Assembly: GCF_963921235.1 (NCBI RefSeq)
Contig: NC_086129.1
Location: 20,460,001-20,524,000 of the forward strand
Reading direction: 5' to 3'
Length of the DNA: 64,000 nucleotides
Source of the DNA: Mobula hypostoma
Lineage: Eukaryota
Shown: positions 40,375 through 51,002 of the stretch, piece by piece
Numbering within the stretch: position 1 is the stretch's first letter
Layout: every line of letters starts with the position of its first letter
The notes under the pieces: generated by a model
Databases searched by the model: none
The model's input: only the letters and a program-made list of their open reading frames with translations
What the model was told of the DNA's origin: nothing
Program-made: the position numbers and the translations under genes

Positions 40375-41103
40375 TTAGAAGAGATCAGTGCCAGTTCCTG
40401 ACTGACACAGGGATTGTTATAGTTAGGAATTAGGATGTGATACCATATAGACACGACCTCCTGATACTTTTTCAGTTGCCGGGACATTCTTTTCAACTAC
40501 TTGTGGGATGTGATCACCTTCGGCATTTATTGCCCATCCCTAATTAACCTTGAATCGTGGAGGAAGTTAAGAAGCAACCACATTAATGGGTCTAGAGTCA
40601 CATATGGCCCAGACCTTGGCAGATTCTTCTCGCAAAGAGAGTTCGCAAACAATGCTGTGGTATGCTGAGATTCATACTCATGCCTTCAGAATAGATGTGT
40701 GGATAATAATTCAGCAACTATGTCACGAGATGACAAGTATTTCACCTCCAGCACTGAGCCTATTTTCACCTTGTTTCCCCCTGACTGTGAAGAAAAGGTC
40801 AGATGGCGGGCAAGCAGGGATATCTGTTTGAAGGGAGCAGCAGGATTAATGGACCATCTGGTCCTGACTGGTCTCATTTTCACATGGCCTGCATAGTGGG
40901 CAAGGTTGTGAGCAATCAGAAGCTGGGACTGCCCCGTGGAGAACTGGTCTGTGCATTACTATCCTACCTTACACTTACAATAACAGAGGAAACCATTTAG
41001 TCCATCACGTCCCCGGCTGTGTTCAGGACAGTCATCCCACTTGGTTCCATTTACGCCCTGTACCCATGAAACCCATGCATGACCATCAACTTCCATTTTG
41101 TGC

Positions 41104-41249
41104 AACACAGGAATGATGAAGGGTCTCAGTCTGAGAAGTTGACTGTTTACATAGATATTCCATAGATGATGCCTGGCCTGCTGAGTTCCACCAGCATTTT
41201 GTGTGTTGCCTGGACTTCCAGCATTTGCAGATTTTCCCTTGCTAATGAG
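41104..41249 (+). mobile_element. Short PLE-terminus insertion (degenerate hammerhead plus tail)
   Basis: tgatgaagggtctcagtctgagaagttgact...gctgagttccaccagcattttgtgtg; candidate TSD cttccattt at about 41090 and 41250. Confidence 0.65.
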
Positions 41250-43002
41250 CTTCCATTTCATGCCTTGTGATCATTTATTTACAATAGGAGTAATGTACAA
41301 TATCTAGGTAACTTATCAGCACTTGCTTGGGATGTGGAGACAAAGCAGAGTGCCTGGAGGAAAGACAACGGATTACAGAGAAAACCCAGGGTCAGAATCA
41401 TTTCCACATGCCTGGAGCTGTGAGGTAGCAGCACTACCTGCTGCATAAGCCCACCGCCTGTACACGCACACGGCACAGCATCAACACATTCACCAACTAC
41501 TGCCCAGCATTTGACTGACCCCCTTTCGGCTGCAGCCCTCTGACAGTTGTGAAGGTAATTTGAACAGATCTCATTCATTCTGCTCACCAGCCCCTGCTTT
41601 CATCAGGGTAAGTTGCCCATTGCAGCTGCAGAGCACTGGAAGAAAGAAAAGACTCTTGCTCATGTTGTTTACTTGGCTTTCTGACCTGGCCGCCTCTCTC
41701 CAAAGAATTAAGCACAAAATGTGAACTGACACATTAACACAGCTGGAGCTGACACTTAACCACATTCAGATAGAATATTAACAACAGCCTCCCCACCATA
41801 AATCCACCCCTCAGCACTCCCACCCCTTTCCATTTTGGGTTGAGTTCAATGATATAATGTATGACTTAGGAAAGCAAAGGAAGATGAGAAGTGGATTCCT
41901 GGCTCAAAATCAACACCACAATTTCACCAGGAGACACTTATTGCTTGTCAGCCCTTGCTCCATCACTTCCGCCCTCTCCCACCTTTATATATTGGCTATC
42001 TCCTTTCTTTTTTTCCATGAAGGGTATCAACCCAAAGTGTCAGCAATCTATTTCCCTCCATAGTTGCTGCCTGACACACTAACCTCCTTCATTTGGGTGT
42101 TGCTCCAGATTTCCAGCATCTGCAGAGTCTTGTGTCTTCATCACAACAAAAATGTTTTACCGGGGTTTCTGGATCTTACATTATAATAATAATTACAAGT
42201 GCAACTCCATCAACTGGAATTGGCATTGATTTATTATTGTCATATATACCAAGATACAAAGAAAAACTTAATTATCATGCCATCCATTCAGATAATTTCA
42301 AACCAGAAGTACATTGAGGTAGTACAAGGGGAAAGTAAGATTGAAGAGATTAAAAAGTAGCTCTGCCAGCTGATCTGCACAGGATTGGCCAAGGACTCCA
42401 TCCAAGCCAGATACCTTCCTCCCTCAGTTTGCTTTCCAGAACGCTGATCTGATACCTACAATAGTGTCTGTGGGTACGAGTGCATTGAAGGATATTGGTG
42501 TCATTTCATTCATCTTCTGTTCAAAAGGTTCATAAGATGCAGTGAGCTTTAGTCTACCAGTTTAAATTATAGTATCTTTAATTAACTTTAAAAGCACCAT
42601 TGGATGCTGGTGGTGCTATTTAAAAGCAAGTCTTTCTTTGTTTTTATGGCTGAGAGCTTTAGGAATGCTCATGTGCACAAGAAGGGGAAATGTCAGCTTG
42701 GCATCTGCTCCTTGCATCCCACACTCACATCTGTTTCCTTATGAATCTTGGCAATAACTGGCTCTGTGTGTATTTCATCAATGTTACAATGCAGACACTC
42801 CACCGCATAGATAATACTTCGACCAATATATTGCCTCTATATTGGAAAGAAAACTTCATCTGCAAGCTTTCTGTTGAAATGCGTGGAGTAGGAAGAAAAA
42901 AAATCTAAAATAATTTACTCTTAATTCCAAATTGTTCCAGTTGCACAAAATTCTAAACATGTTTGTACTTTGGAATTCTGTTCTGTTGAAATAATCTCTC
43001 TT

Positions 43003-43165
43003 TGTCATGGTCCGGTCCATGAAGTCTGCATTCCGATTCACAGTCTGGTCCATGTTCCTTATTCCAGGTTTTCCAGTTTTCCCCAGTTTCTGTTGAGGCC
43101 GCTGATTCACGTTTGGGCTGGCTTCATAAATACCTTCAAGATTCAGCCCCTGGCTGTGGCTGTGG
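43003..43165 (+). mobile_element. 5' portion of an LTR of the same family as 56637-57626
   Basis: tgtcatggtccggtccatgaagtctgcattccg matches tgtcatggtctggtccgtgatgtccgcattccg; TATA-like cataaata at about 43124. Confidence 0.75.
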
Positions 43166-44345
43166 TTTTGGTTGGCTGAGCGTGGAGAGGTGAGCTGGGA
43201 GTGTGTGTTGGAAGCAATGGGTCGAGACGACTGACTGGAAAATGGCAGAGAGAGAGAACATCAAGGAAAGAGCCAAGCTGTTAAAGGAAGTTTTTGGCGA
43301 GAGTGGAAGTGAACTAGAGATGGAGGTTGGCGGGAAAGAGGAATGGAATGGAAAGAGGAAGAAAAGAAAGCAGAGGTACGGGATATCAAACTCTGAGGAG
43401 TCAGCGGATGATCAAAACAGGACAGCAAAACAATGGAAAGGAGATGAGGTTAAAGTAATTATAAAACTAAACGAGGACGGGGAGTCTTTTGGTGATTGGA
43501 ACCCGATTTGTTTGACGAAGATGCTCAACAAAATTATAGGCAAGATTAAAAGAGCAAAGATTTTATGAAATGGATCGCTATTAGTGATTTGTCGGGATAG
43601 TGCTCAGCAAGGCAAAGTGATAAGATTAAATAAAATAGACGGCATATAAGTACAATGCTCAATACTCAACAATAGAAAGTGGACTAAAGGAGTTATTTCG
43701 GGGATACCAACAAAAGTTACTATGGATGAGATTAAACAGAACAGAAAAGGAGCAAAAATTATTGAGGTCAAATGTTTGAAAGTCACAAGAAACAGGAAAA
43801 AGTGTGATAGTTTATCGGTAATGATTAACTTTGATGAAGAGAGATTGCTAACTAACGTTTACTTTGGGTATATGTGTTATGTGGTTAGAATGTATATACC
43901 ACCGCTCCTAAGATGCTATAAATGTCAGAAATTCGGGCACATTGCAGCGGTCTGCAGAGGAAAACAAAGATGTGGGAGATGCGCTGGAAAACATGAATAT
44001 GGGAAATGTGAAGCGGGAGTTAGGCTGAAATGCTGCAATTGTGGCAAGGAACACAGCGCAGCTAATTGAGGGTGCATTTATAGCAACAAGGCGGCTGAGA
44101 TACAATATGTAAAAGTAACTCAAGGAATCAGTTATGCAGAGGCAGTGAAAGAATTTGAAGAAAAAAAGGTTGTCAAGCAAACAAATACAGGGAATAATAA
44201 ACTGTTGAATTGTGAGAGATGTAATATGAAAAATAAGGATACACTGACAATGAGTAGAAAGGACTTCATACTTTTTAATGTGGATGCAATTAATTGTTCA
44301 GCGCAAACAAGCAAAAGAACTGAGAAAATTAATATTATCGTCAAG
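43166..44345 (+). mobile_element. I/Nimb/Jockey-group LINE 5' end and ORF1 (gag-like, three CCHC knuckles), disrupted and 3'-truncated
   Basis: KGVISGIP and YIPPLLRCYKCQKFGHIAAVC...CGRCAGKHEYGKC...CCNCGKEHSA (ORF 43722-44069); in-frame stops. Confidence 0.85.
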
Positions 44346-44782
44346 GAAAAGGAATTTGTTGCAAAGTGAATTACCTACATTCAGATTATAAAATGAAAAC
44401 ATGGAAGCAAATGAAGAAGAACTCCAAGGTCTCAGTAAACAACTGCAGGCTATGATCCAAGAAAAGGAAAACCTGAAAAAGCAGATAGACTTGGAAAAAC
44501 AAGAAGTTTAAAAGTATAACGTGCAATAATTACTATTCTTTAACAAGATGATTTTAGTCTTACAAGTGATGTAGATGAAATCAATGTAATTGAGGTAATG
44601 CAACTATACGAAAACATGTGACATAATTAGGGAAGAATAGCAGTTTGCGGCATTATCTAATAAGCGCAATCAATCTTCAAATATAAAGTTGCAATACAAA
44701 ATGGTGACGCTCAAATTTTAAGGTTACAATAAAATCAACGTTTATTCAGTCTGCAGCTGATACACTGAGGTGAACAGTGGAT

Positions 44783-45295
44783 TTACCCCAGCACAATGGT
44801 AGACCATCCACCAGGTGGGACTCTCTTGCGCCTTACTGGTTCAGTTTGAGCAGACTCTACTGGCCCAGGCACACACTCTCCTTTCTTTCCCTGGGCTTCC
44901 ATTTGGTTTTCAGTTTCGGAGGAACCTGAGCTATTTTCACCTTTCCCAGTTGCGATATCCGGAGTTTTGGGAGGTATTTCCACAATGTCAAAGATGCCAC
45001 TTGCCTTGCCACCAGGAGGATTTCTCCGTTGCTTTCGATCAGGTGTTTCAGTGGTAGCTGCTTCAAAGATACCACTACTTTTTCCACCTGGCGGGTTCCT
45101 TCTTCTAGCCACAGGTTGATTTTGCAATGGTGGCCCAAAGATATTGGATGCGGTTTTGCTTGGACGGGAATGCACTGGTTTGGCATTTTCCTCCAGCCCC
45201 AATGAGATACTGGATTCACCACCTGGAGGCTGCATCACCCTGGAACTGCTGCGATCCTTGGAGTCCAGGTCTTGGTTGGTGGTTGTCTTGCTCAT
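44783..45295 (-). CDS. JPT1: Jupiter microtubule-associated homolog (HN1/JPT family), intronless retrocopy 1, 170 aa
   Basis: MSKTTT..SSRVMQPPGGESSISLG, ASNIFG, two NPPGGKxSGIF repeats and C-terminal PPGGWSTIVLG; AATAAA at 44741-44746. Termini resemble JPT1 and internal repeats resemble JPT2, so the paralog assignment is uncertain. Confidence 0.85.
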   Translation of the reverse strand: MSKTTTNQDLDSKDRSSSRVMQPPGGESSISLGLEENAKPVHSRPSKTASNIFGPPLQNQPVARRRNPPGGKSSGIFEAATTETPDRKQRRNPPGGKASGIFDIVEIPPKTPDIATGKGENSSGSSETENQMEAQGKKGECVPGPVESAQTEPVRRKRVPPGGWSTIVLG

Positions 45296-45502
45296 GTCTT
45301 CCGATCCGCAGATGAGATACCAAACTATTGATAGGTATAATAACCACCAGGTTATTACGTACATTTAGGCTGCTATTGATACAATACCCAAAGGAGTCCT
45401 GTAGAGGTTACATCTGATGATGCTATGCCATTGTTACACTTCATGATGTCAGCAAACATCACAATGAACTCAAGACCTGCTTAAGGTGTGTGATTAAAAT
45501 TA

Positions 45503-45940
45503 GTAGCCTCCAACCTGATGGCATGAACATTGACTTCTCTAACTTCCGCTAGGCCCCACCTCCCCCTCGTACCCCATCTGTTACTCTTTTTTATGCACAC
45601 ATTCTTTCTCACACTCTCCTTTTTCTCCCTCTGTCCCTCTGAATATACCTCTTGCCCATCCTCTGGGTCACCCCCCCCCGTCTTTCTTCCCGGACCTCCT
45701 GTCCCATGATCCTCTCGTATCCCCTTTTGCCAATCACCTGTCCAGCTCTCGGCTCTATCCCTCCCCCTCCTGTCTTCTCCTATCATTTTGCATCTCCCCC
45801 TCCCCCTCCAGCTTTCAAATCCCTTACTCACTCTTCCTTCAGTTAGTCCTGACAAAGGGTCTCGGCCTGAAACGTCGACTGTACCTCTTCCTATAGATGC
45901 TGCCTGGCCTGCTGCGTTCACCAGCAACTTTGATGTGTGT
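45503..45940 (+). mobile_element. PLE 3' fragment (438 bp) inserted in array unit 1 only
   Basis: 12-bp TSD tgattaaaatta at 45491-45502 and 45941-45952; empty sites in units 2 and 3; hammerhead at 45844-45881 carries a CUGACAA core mutation. Confidence 0.93.
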
Positions 45941-46694
45941 TGATTAAAATTATCGTCCGGTCTGCAGAAAAGTATCTTGGTATTAAAGGAATTAGGTGGA
46001 AAGAAGTCAAAGAAACGCTGAATGGAGAATCCAACAGTTCACAGGCAGGGGAGATAGAATCTTAATGGCAACATATTTATCGCAAATGGTCAAGAATTTA
46101 AGAAATGTTTCAGAACTTAAGGAAAATCCTCAGATTATATGGTTGAAGCCCAGGGTAAATGTACAGAACTCCAAAAACAAATAGCTGCACCCGACAAGAA
46201 CAACTGTGAGTTGGAAAAGAGATTGGAAAACGGAGGAAATTATTACAAGGATACAAAAAGAAAAGGAATTTGTTGCAAAGTGAACTATCTACATTCAGAT
46301 TATAAAATGAAAACATGGAAGCAAATGAAGAAGAACTCCGAGGTCTCAGTAAACAACTGCAGGCTATGATCCAAGAAAAGGAAAACCTGAAAAAGCAGAT
46401 AGACTTGGAAAAACAAGAAGTTTAAACGTATAACTTGTGATAATTACTATTCTTTAACAAGATGATTTTAGTCTTACAAGTGATGTAGATGAAATCAATG
46501 TAATTGAGGTAATGCAACTACACGAAAACGTGACATAATTAGGGAAGAATAGCAGTTTGCGGTATTATCTAATGAGCGCAATCAGCCTTCAAATGTAAAG
46601 TTGCAATACAAAATGGTGACGCTCAAATTTTAAGGTTACAATAAAATCAATGTTTATTCAGTCTGCAGCTGATACACTGAGGTGAACAGTGGAT

Positions 46695-47207
46695 TTACCC
46701 CAGCACAATGGTAGACCATCCACCAGGTGGGACTCTCTTGCGCCTTACTGGTTCAGTTTGAGCAGACTCTACTGGCCCGGGCACACACTCTCCTTTCTTT
46801 CCCTGGGCTTCCATTTGGTTTTCAGTTTCGGAGGAACCTGGGCTATTTTCACCTTCCCCAGTTGCGATATCCGGAGTTTTGGGAGGTATTTCCACAATGT
46901 CAAAGATGCCACTTGCCTTGCCACCAGGAGGATTTCTCCGTTGCTTTAGATCAGGTGTTTCAGTGGTAGCTGCCTGAAAGATACCACTACTTTTTCCACC
47001 TGGCGGGTTCCTTCTTCTAGCCACAGGTTGATTTTGCAATGGTGGCCCAAAGATATTGGATGCAGTTTTGCTTGGACGGGAATGCACTGGTTTGGCATTT
47101 TCCTCCAGCCCCAATGAGATACTGGATTCACCACCTGGAGGCTGCATCACCCTGGAACTGCTGCGATCCTTGGAGTCCAGGTCTTGGTTGGTGGTTGTCT
47201 TGCTCAT
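46695..47207 (-). CDS. JPT1: Jupiter/HN1-family intronless retrocopy 2, 170 aa
   Basis: Intact ORF with the same motifs as copy 1 and 4 aa differences; downstream AATAAA conserved. Confidence 0.85.
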   Translation of the reverse strand: MSKTTTNQDLDSKDRSSSRVMQPPGGESSISLGLEENAKPVHSRPSKTASNIFGPPLQNQPVARRRNPPGGKSSGIFQAATTETPDLKQRRNPPGGKASGIFDIVEIPPKTPDIATGEGENSPGSSETENQMEAQGKKGECVPGPVESAQTEPVRRKRVPPGGWSTIVLG

Positions 47208-48158
47208 GTCTTCCGATCCGCAGATGAGATACCAAACTATTGATAGGTATAATAACTACCAGGTTATTACGTACATTTAAGCTGCTATTGATACAATACC
47301 CAAAGGAGTCCTGTAGAGGTTACATCTGATGATGCTATGCCATTGTTACACTTCATGATGTCAGCAAACATCACAATGAACTCAAGACCTGCTTAAGGTG
47401 TGTGATTAAAATTATCGTCAAGTCTGCAGAAAAGTATCTTGGTATTAAAGGAATTAGGTGGAAAGAAGTCAAAGAAACGCTGAATGGAGAATCCAGCAGT
47501 TCACAGGCAGGGGAGATGGAATCTTAATGGCAACATATTTATCGCAAATGGTCAAGAATGAAAGAAATATGTTTCAGAACTTAAGGAAAATCCTCAGATT
47601 TTATGGTTGAAGCCCAGGGTAAATGTGCAGAACTCCAAAAACAAATAGATACACCCGACAAGAACAACTGTGAGTTGGAAAAGAGATTGGAGAATGGAGG
47701 AAATTATTACAAGGATACAAAAAGAAAAGGAATTTGTTGCAAAGTGAACTATCTACATTCAGATCATAAAATGAAAACATGGAAGCAAATGAAGAAGAAC
47801 TCCGAGGTCTCAGTAAACAACTGCAGGCTATGATCCAAGAAAAGGAAAACCTGAAAAAGCAGATAGACTTGGAAAAACAAGAAGTTTAAAAGTATAACGT
47901 GCAATAATTACTATTCTTTAACAAGATGATTTTAGTCTTACAAGTGATGTAGATGAAATCAATGTAATTGAGGTAATGCAACTACACGAAAACGTGACAT
48001 AATTAGGGAAGAATAGCAGTTTGCGGCATTATCTAATGAGAGCAATCAGCCTTCAAATGTAAAGTGCCAATACAAAATGGTGACGCTCAAATTTTAAGGT
48101 TACAATAAAATCAATGTTTATTCAGTCTGCAGCTGATACACTGAGGTGAACAGTGGAT

Positions 48159-48671
48159 TTACCCCAGCACAATGGTAGACCATCCACCAGGTGGGACTCT
48201 CTTGCGCCTTACTGGTTCAGGTTGAGCAGACTCTACTGGCCCAGGCACACACTCTCCTCTCTTTCCCTGGGCTTCCATTTGGTTTTCAGTTTCGGAGGAA
48301 CCTGGGCTATTTTCACCTTCCCCAGTTGCGATATCCGGAGTTTTGGGAGGTATTTCCACAATGTCACAGATGCCACTTGTCTTGCCAGCAGGAGGATTTC
48401 TCCGTTGCTTTCGTTCAGGTGTTTCAGTGGTAGCTGCCTGAAAGATACCACTACTTTTTCCACCTGGCGGGTTCCTTCTTCTAGTCACAGGTTGATTTTG
48501 CAATGGTGGCCCGAAGGTATTGGATGCAGTTTTGCTTGGACGGGAATGCACTGGTTTGGCATTTTCCTCCAGCCCCAATGAGATACTGGATTCACCACCT
48601 GGAGGCTGCATCACCCTGGAACTGCTGCGATCCTTGGAGTCCAGGCCTTGGAAGGTTGTTGTGCTGCTCAT
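48159..48671 (-). CDS. JPT1: Jupiter/HN1-family intronless retrocopy 3, 170 aa
   Basis: Intact ORF starting MSSTTTFQGLDS, closest to the canonical HN1 start MTTTTTFKG; downstream AATAAA conserved. Confidence 0.85.
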   Translation of the reverse strand: MSSTTTFQGLDSKDRSSSRVMQPPGGESSISLGLEENAKPVHSRPSKTASNTFGPPLQNQPVTRRRNPPGGKSSGIFQAATTETPERKQRRNPPAGKTSGICDIVEIPPKTPDIATGEGENSPGSSETENQMEAQGKRGECVPGPVESAQPEPVRRKRVPPGGWSTIVLG

Positions 48672-49699
48672 GTCTTCCGATCCGCAGATGAGATACCAAA
48701 CTATTGATAGGTATAATAACCACCAGGTTATTACGTACATTTAGGCTGCTATTGATACAATACCCAAAGGAGTCCTGTAGAGGTTACATCTGATGATGCT
48801 ATGCCATTGTTACACTTCATGATGTCAGCAAACATCACAATGAACTCAAGACCTGCTTAAGGTGTGTGATTAAAATTATCGTCAAGTCTGCAGAAAAGTA
48901 TCTTGGTATTAAAGGAATTAGGTGGAAGGAAGTCAAAGAAACGCTGAATGGAGAATCCAACCGTTCACAGGCAGGGGAGATGGAATCTTAATGGCAACAT
49001 ATTTATCGCAAATGGTCAAGAATTTAAGAAATGTTTCAGAACTTAAGGAAAATCCTCAGATTTTATGGTTGAAGCCCAGGGTAAATGTGCAGAACTCCAA
49101 AAACAAATAGATGCACCCGACAAGAACAACTGTGAGTTGGAAAAGAGATTGGAGAATGGAGGAAATTATTACAAGGATACAAAAAGAAAAGGAATTTGTT
49201 GCAAAGTGAACTATCTACATTCAGATTATAAAATGAAAACATGGAAGCAAATGAAGAAGAACTCCGAGGTCTCAGTAAACAACTGCAGGCTATGATCCAA
49301 AAAAAGGAAAACCTGAAAAAGCAGATAGAGTTAGAAAATCAGCAATCTTAAAAGTATAATGTACAATAACTACTATTCTTTCTTTCTTTTTCAATCTTTT
49401 TATTAATTCCATAGAATGAAAACATAACAAAGCAAAATTACAAGTAGTAAGAGATACATTGTTACATTTAAGATGAGTAATTGTAAAACCAAATAGTGAA
49501 AATTAACAAAGCTCCCAATCGTGCAGAATAATAGTGAATAATACAAAGCAAAAAAAAACTGAAGAAAAATTTATTATTTATTATTTATGGTGCAACTGTA
49601 ATGAAAACCAATTCTCCCGGGATCAATAAAGTATGACTATGACTGTGACTATGACTATTACCTCAATTACATTGATTTCATCTACATCACTTGTAAGAC

Positions 49700-50550
49700 T
49701 AAAATCGTCCTGTCTCTCCCTCGACCAAGGCTCTGCGTTCCTGTCTCTCCCTCAACCAAGACAAGGCTTCGGGGTCTCGTCCAGTCCTAGCGATGATCCA
49801 AGAACCCCATCCTGTCCAAGCCATGGCTTTGTGTTCTTGTCTTGTCCATGTGTCTCGCCCAGCCCAGGAGTACCTTGCCCAGCCCAGTGCTGAGGTTCCC
49901 TTGTCCTGTCCAGGAGTTTCACATCCAGTCCTGTTGCCTCTCCTCATCCTGTAGGCACGTCTTGTCGTCACTTAGTTCTGGAGTCCATGCCCGAGTCAAG
50001 TCCTAGGTTTTGGGTCTTTGCCCAGTCTCTGGCTCGGAGTCCATACCCAAGCCTCGAAGTACCCTCGCCTTGAGGATCCCGAGCCCCAACATGCCCTCGC
50101 CTCAGGGAACCCCAGCCCCATCATACCCTCGACTCGAGGATCCTGAGCCCCGTCATGCCCTCGCCTCAGGGAACCCGAGCCCCGTCATGCCCTCGCCTCA
50201 AGGAACCTGAGCCCCGAAATGCCCTCGCCTCGAGGAATCTGAGCCCCGAAATGCCCTCGCCTGGATCCAGGGTCTGAGCCCAAGTCAAGACCCAGGTTTT
50301 GGGTCCTTGTCCAGTCTCTGGCTCGGGGTCCTAGCCCAGGCTCCTAGTTCCAAGTTCCATGTCCCCATTCCACTATCCTAGACAAGTCCTAGCCCAGGCC
50401 CTGTATCCTTGTCTCATCCAGGGCCTGTGTCATGTCCAGCGTCCTTTCTTCCCCTCTCCCCTTGCTTCCTTGTCACGCCTAGTCCTGTTCCTAGTACTTC
50501 AGTGTCTGTGTCTTGCATTTGGGTCCGCTCCCAGTGCCCCCCATGTTACA
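49700..50550 (+). mobile_element. 3' portion of an LTR of the same family as 56637-57626
   Basis: End cttcagtgtctgtgtcttgcatttgggtc...tgttaca matches 57575-57626. Confidence 0.78.
50062..50261. repeat. 32-bp GC-rich minisatellite, about 6 copies, inside the LTR
   Basis: ccctcgcc recurs every 32 nt from 50062 to 50254. Confidence 0.92.
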
Positions 50551-51002
50551 CTTTCTGCTTTAATCACAAACAATCATTGCGCTCCTCAGAGTCAGTTTGC
50601 CTCTGTAGGGAGAAAACTTATACTGAACCCAGCCAATAAGTGTTTGCTTTACATGTTTCGGAGTAGATCCTCTCAATCATTGTGCATTTCCTGTAGGTCA
50701 CAGCCATTCCTGCAAGCCCCTATCCCTTTTTGTCTCTTTTCCTCAAGAAGTCTATTTTCTATCCATTATTATTTAACAAAAGTTGCCATTTGCTTAACCT
50801 TCTTATAAGCTCAGGAGTGATTGCATTATCCCTCTGCAGCTCTGAATTGCGATAGGTGAGTACAGAGAGGGTATTTGAGTTATCAACGCAAGTCTTCGCT
50901 AGCTGCGACGCACTTAAAGCTCCACCAACAGCAATCTGTGCCTTTTTGAAACTCAGATTCTCAACAAGCCTAACTGTTGGAAACAAGACAGCTTTGGGTC
51001 AC

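Larger units (their letters stand above)
44343..49381. repeat. Tandem array of about 3.1 copies of a 1.46-kb unit
   Basis: ggaatttgtt recurs at 44351, 46265, 47729 and 49191, giving periods of 1914 (1464 plus a 450-bp insertion), 1464 and 1462. Confidence 0.97.

Noticed and set aside
45296-45364. 23-aa hydrophobic N-terminal extension (MYVITWWLLYLSIVWYLICGSED) in the 193-aa ORF calls for JPT copies 1 and 3
   Set aside because: Copy 2 has a stop in it, and family homology begins at the downstream Met. It is treated as 5' UTR, although use as a signal or anchor cannot be excluded
50062-50261. CRISPR-like periodic repeat
   Set aside because: Head-to-tail units without unique spacers, eukaryotic context and no cas genes
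50697-50860. Possible plus-strand exon bounded by ctgtag or ctgcag and gtgagt
   Set aside because: The peptide is unrecognisable, and such splice-like motifs occur by chance
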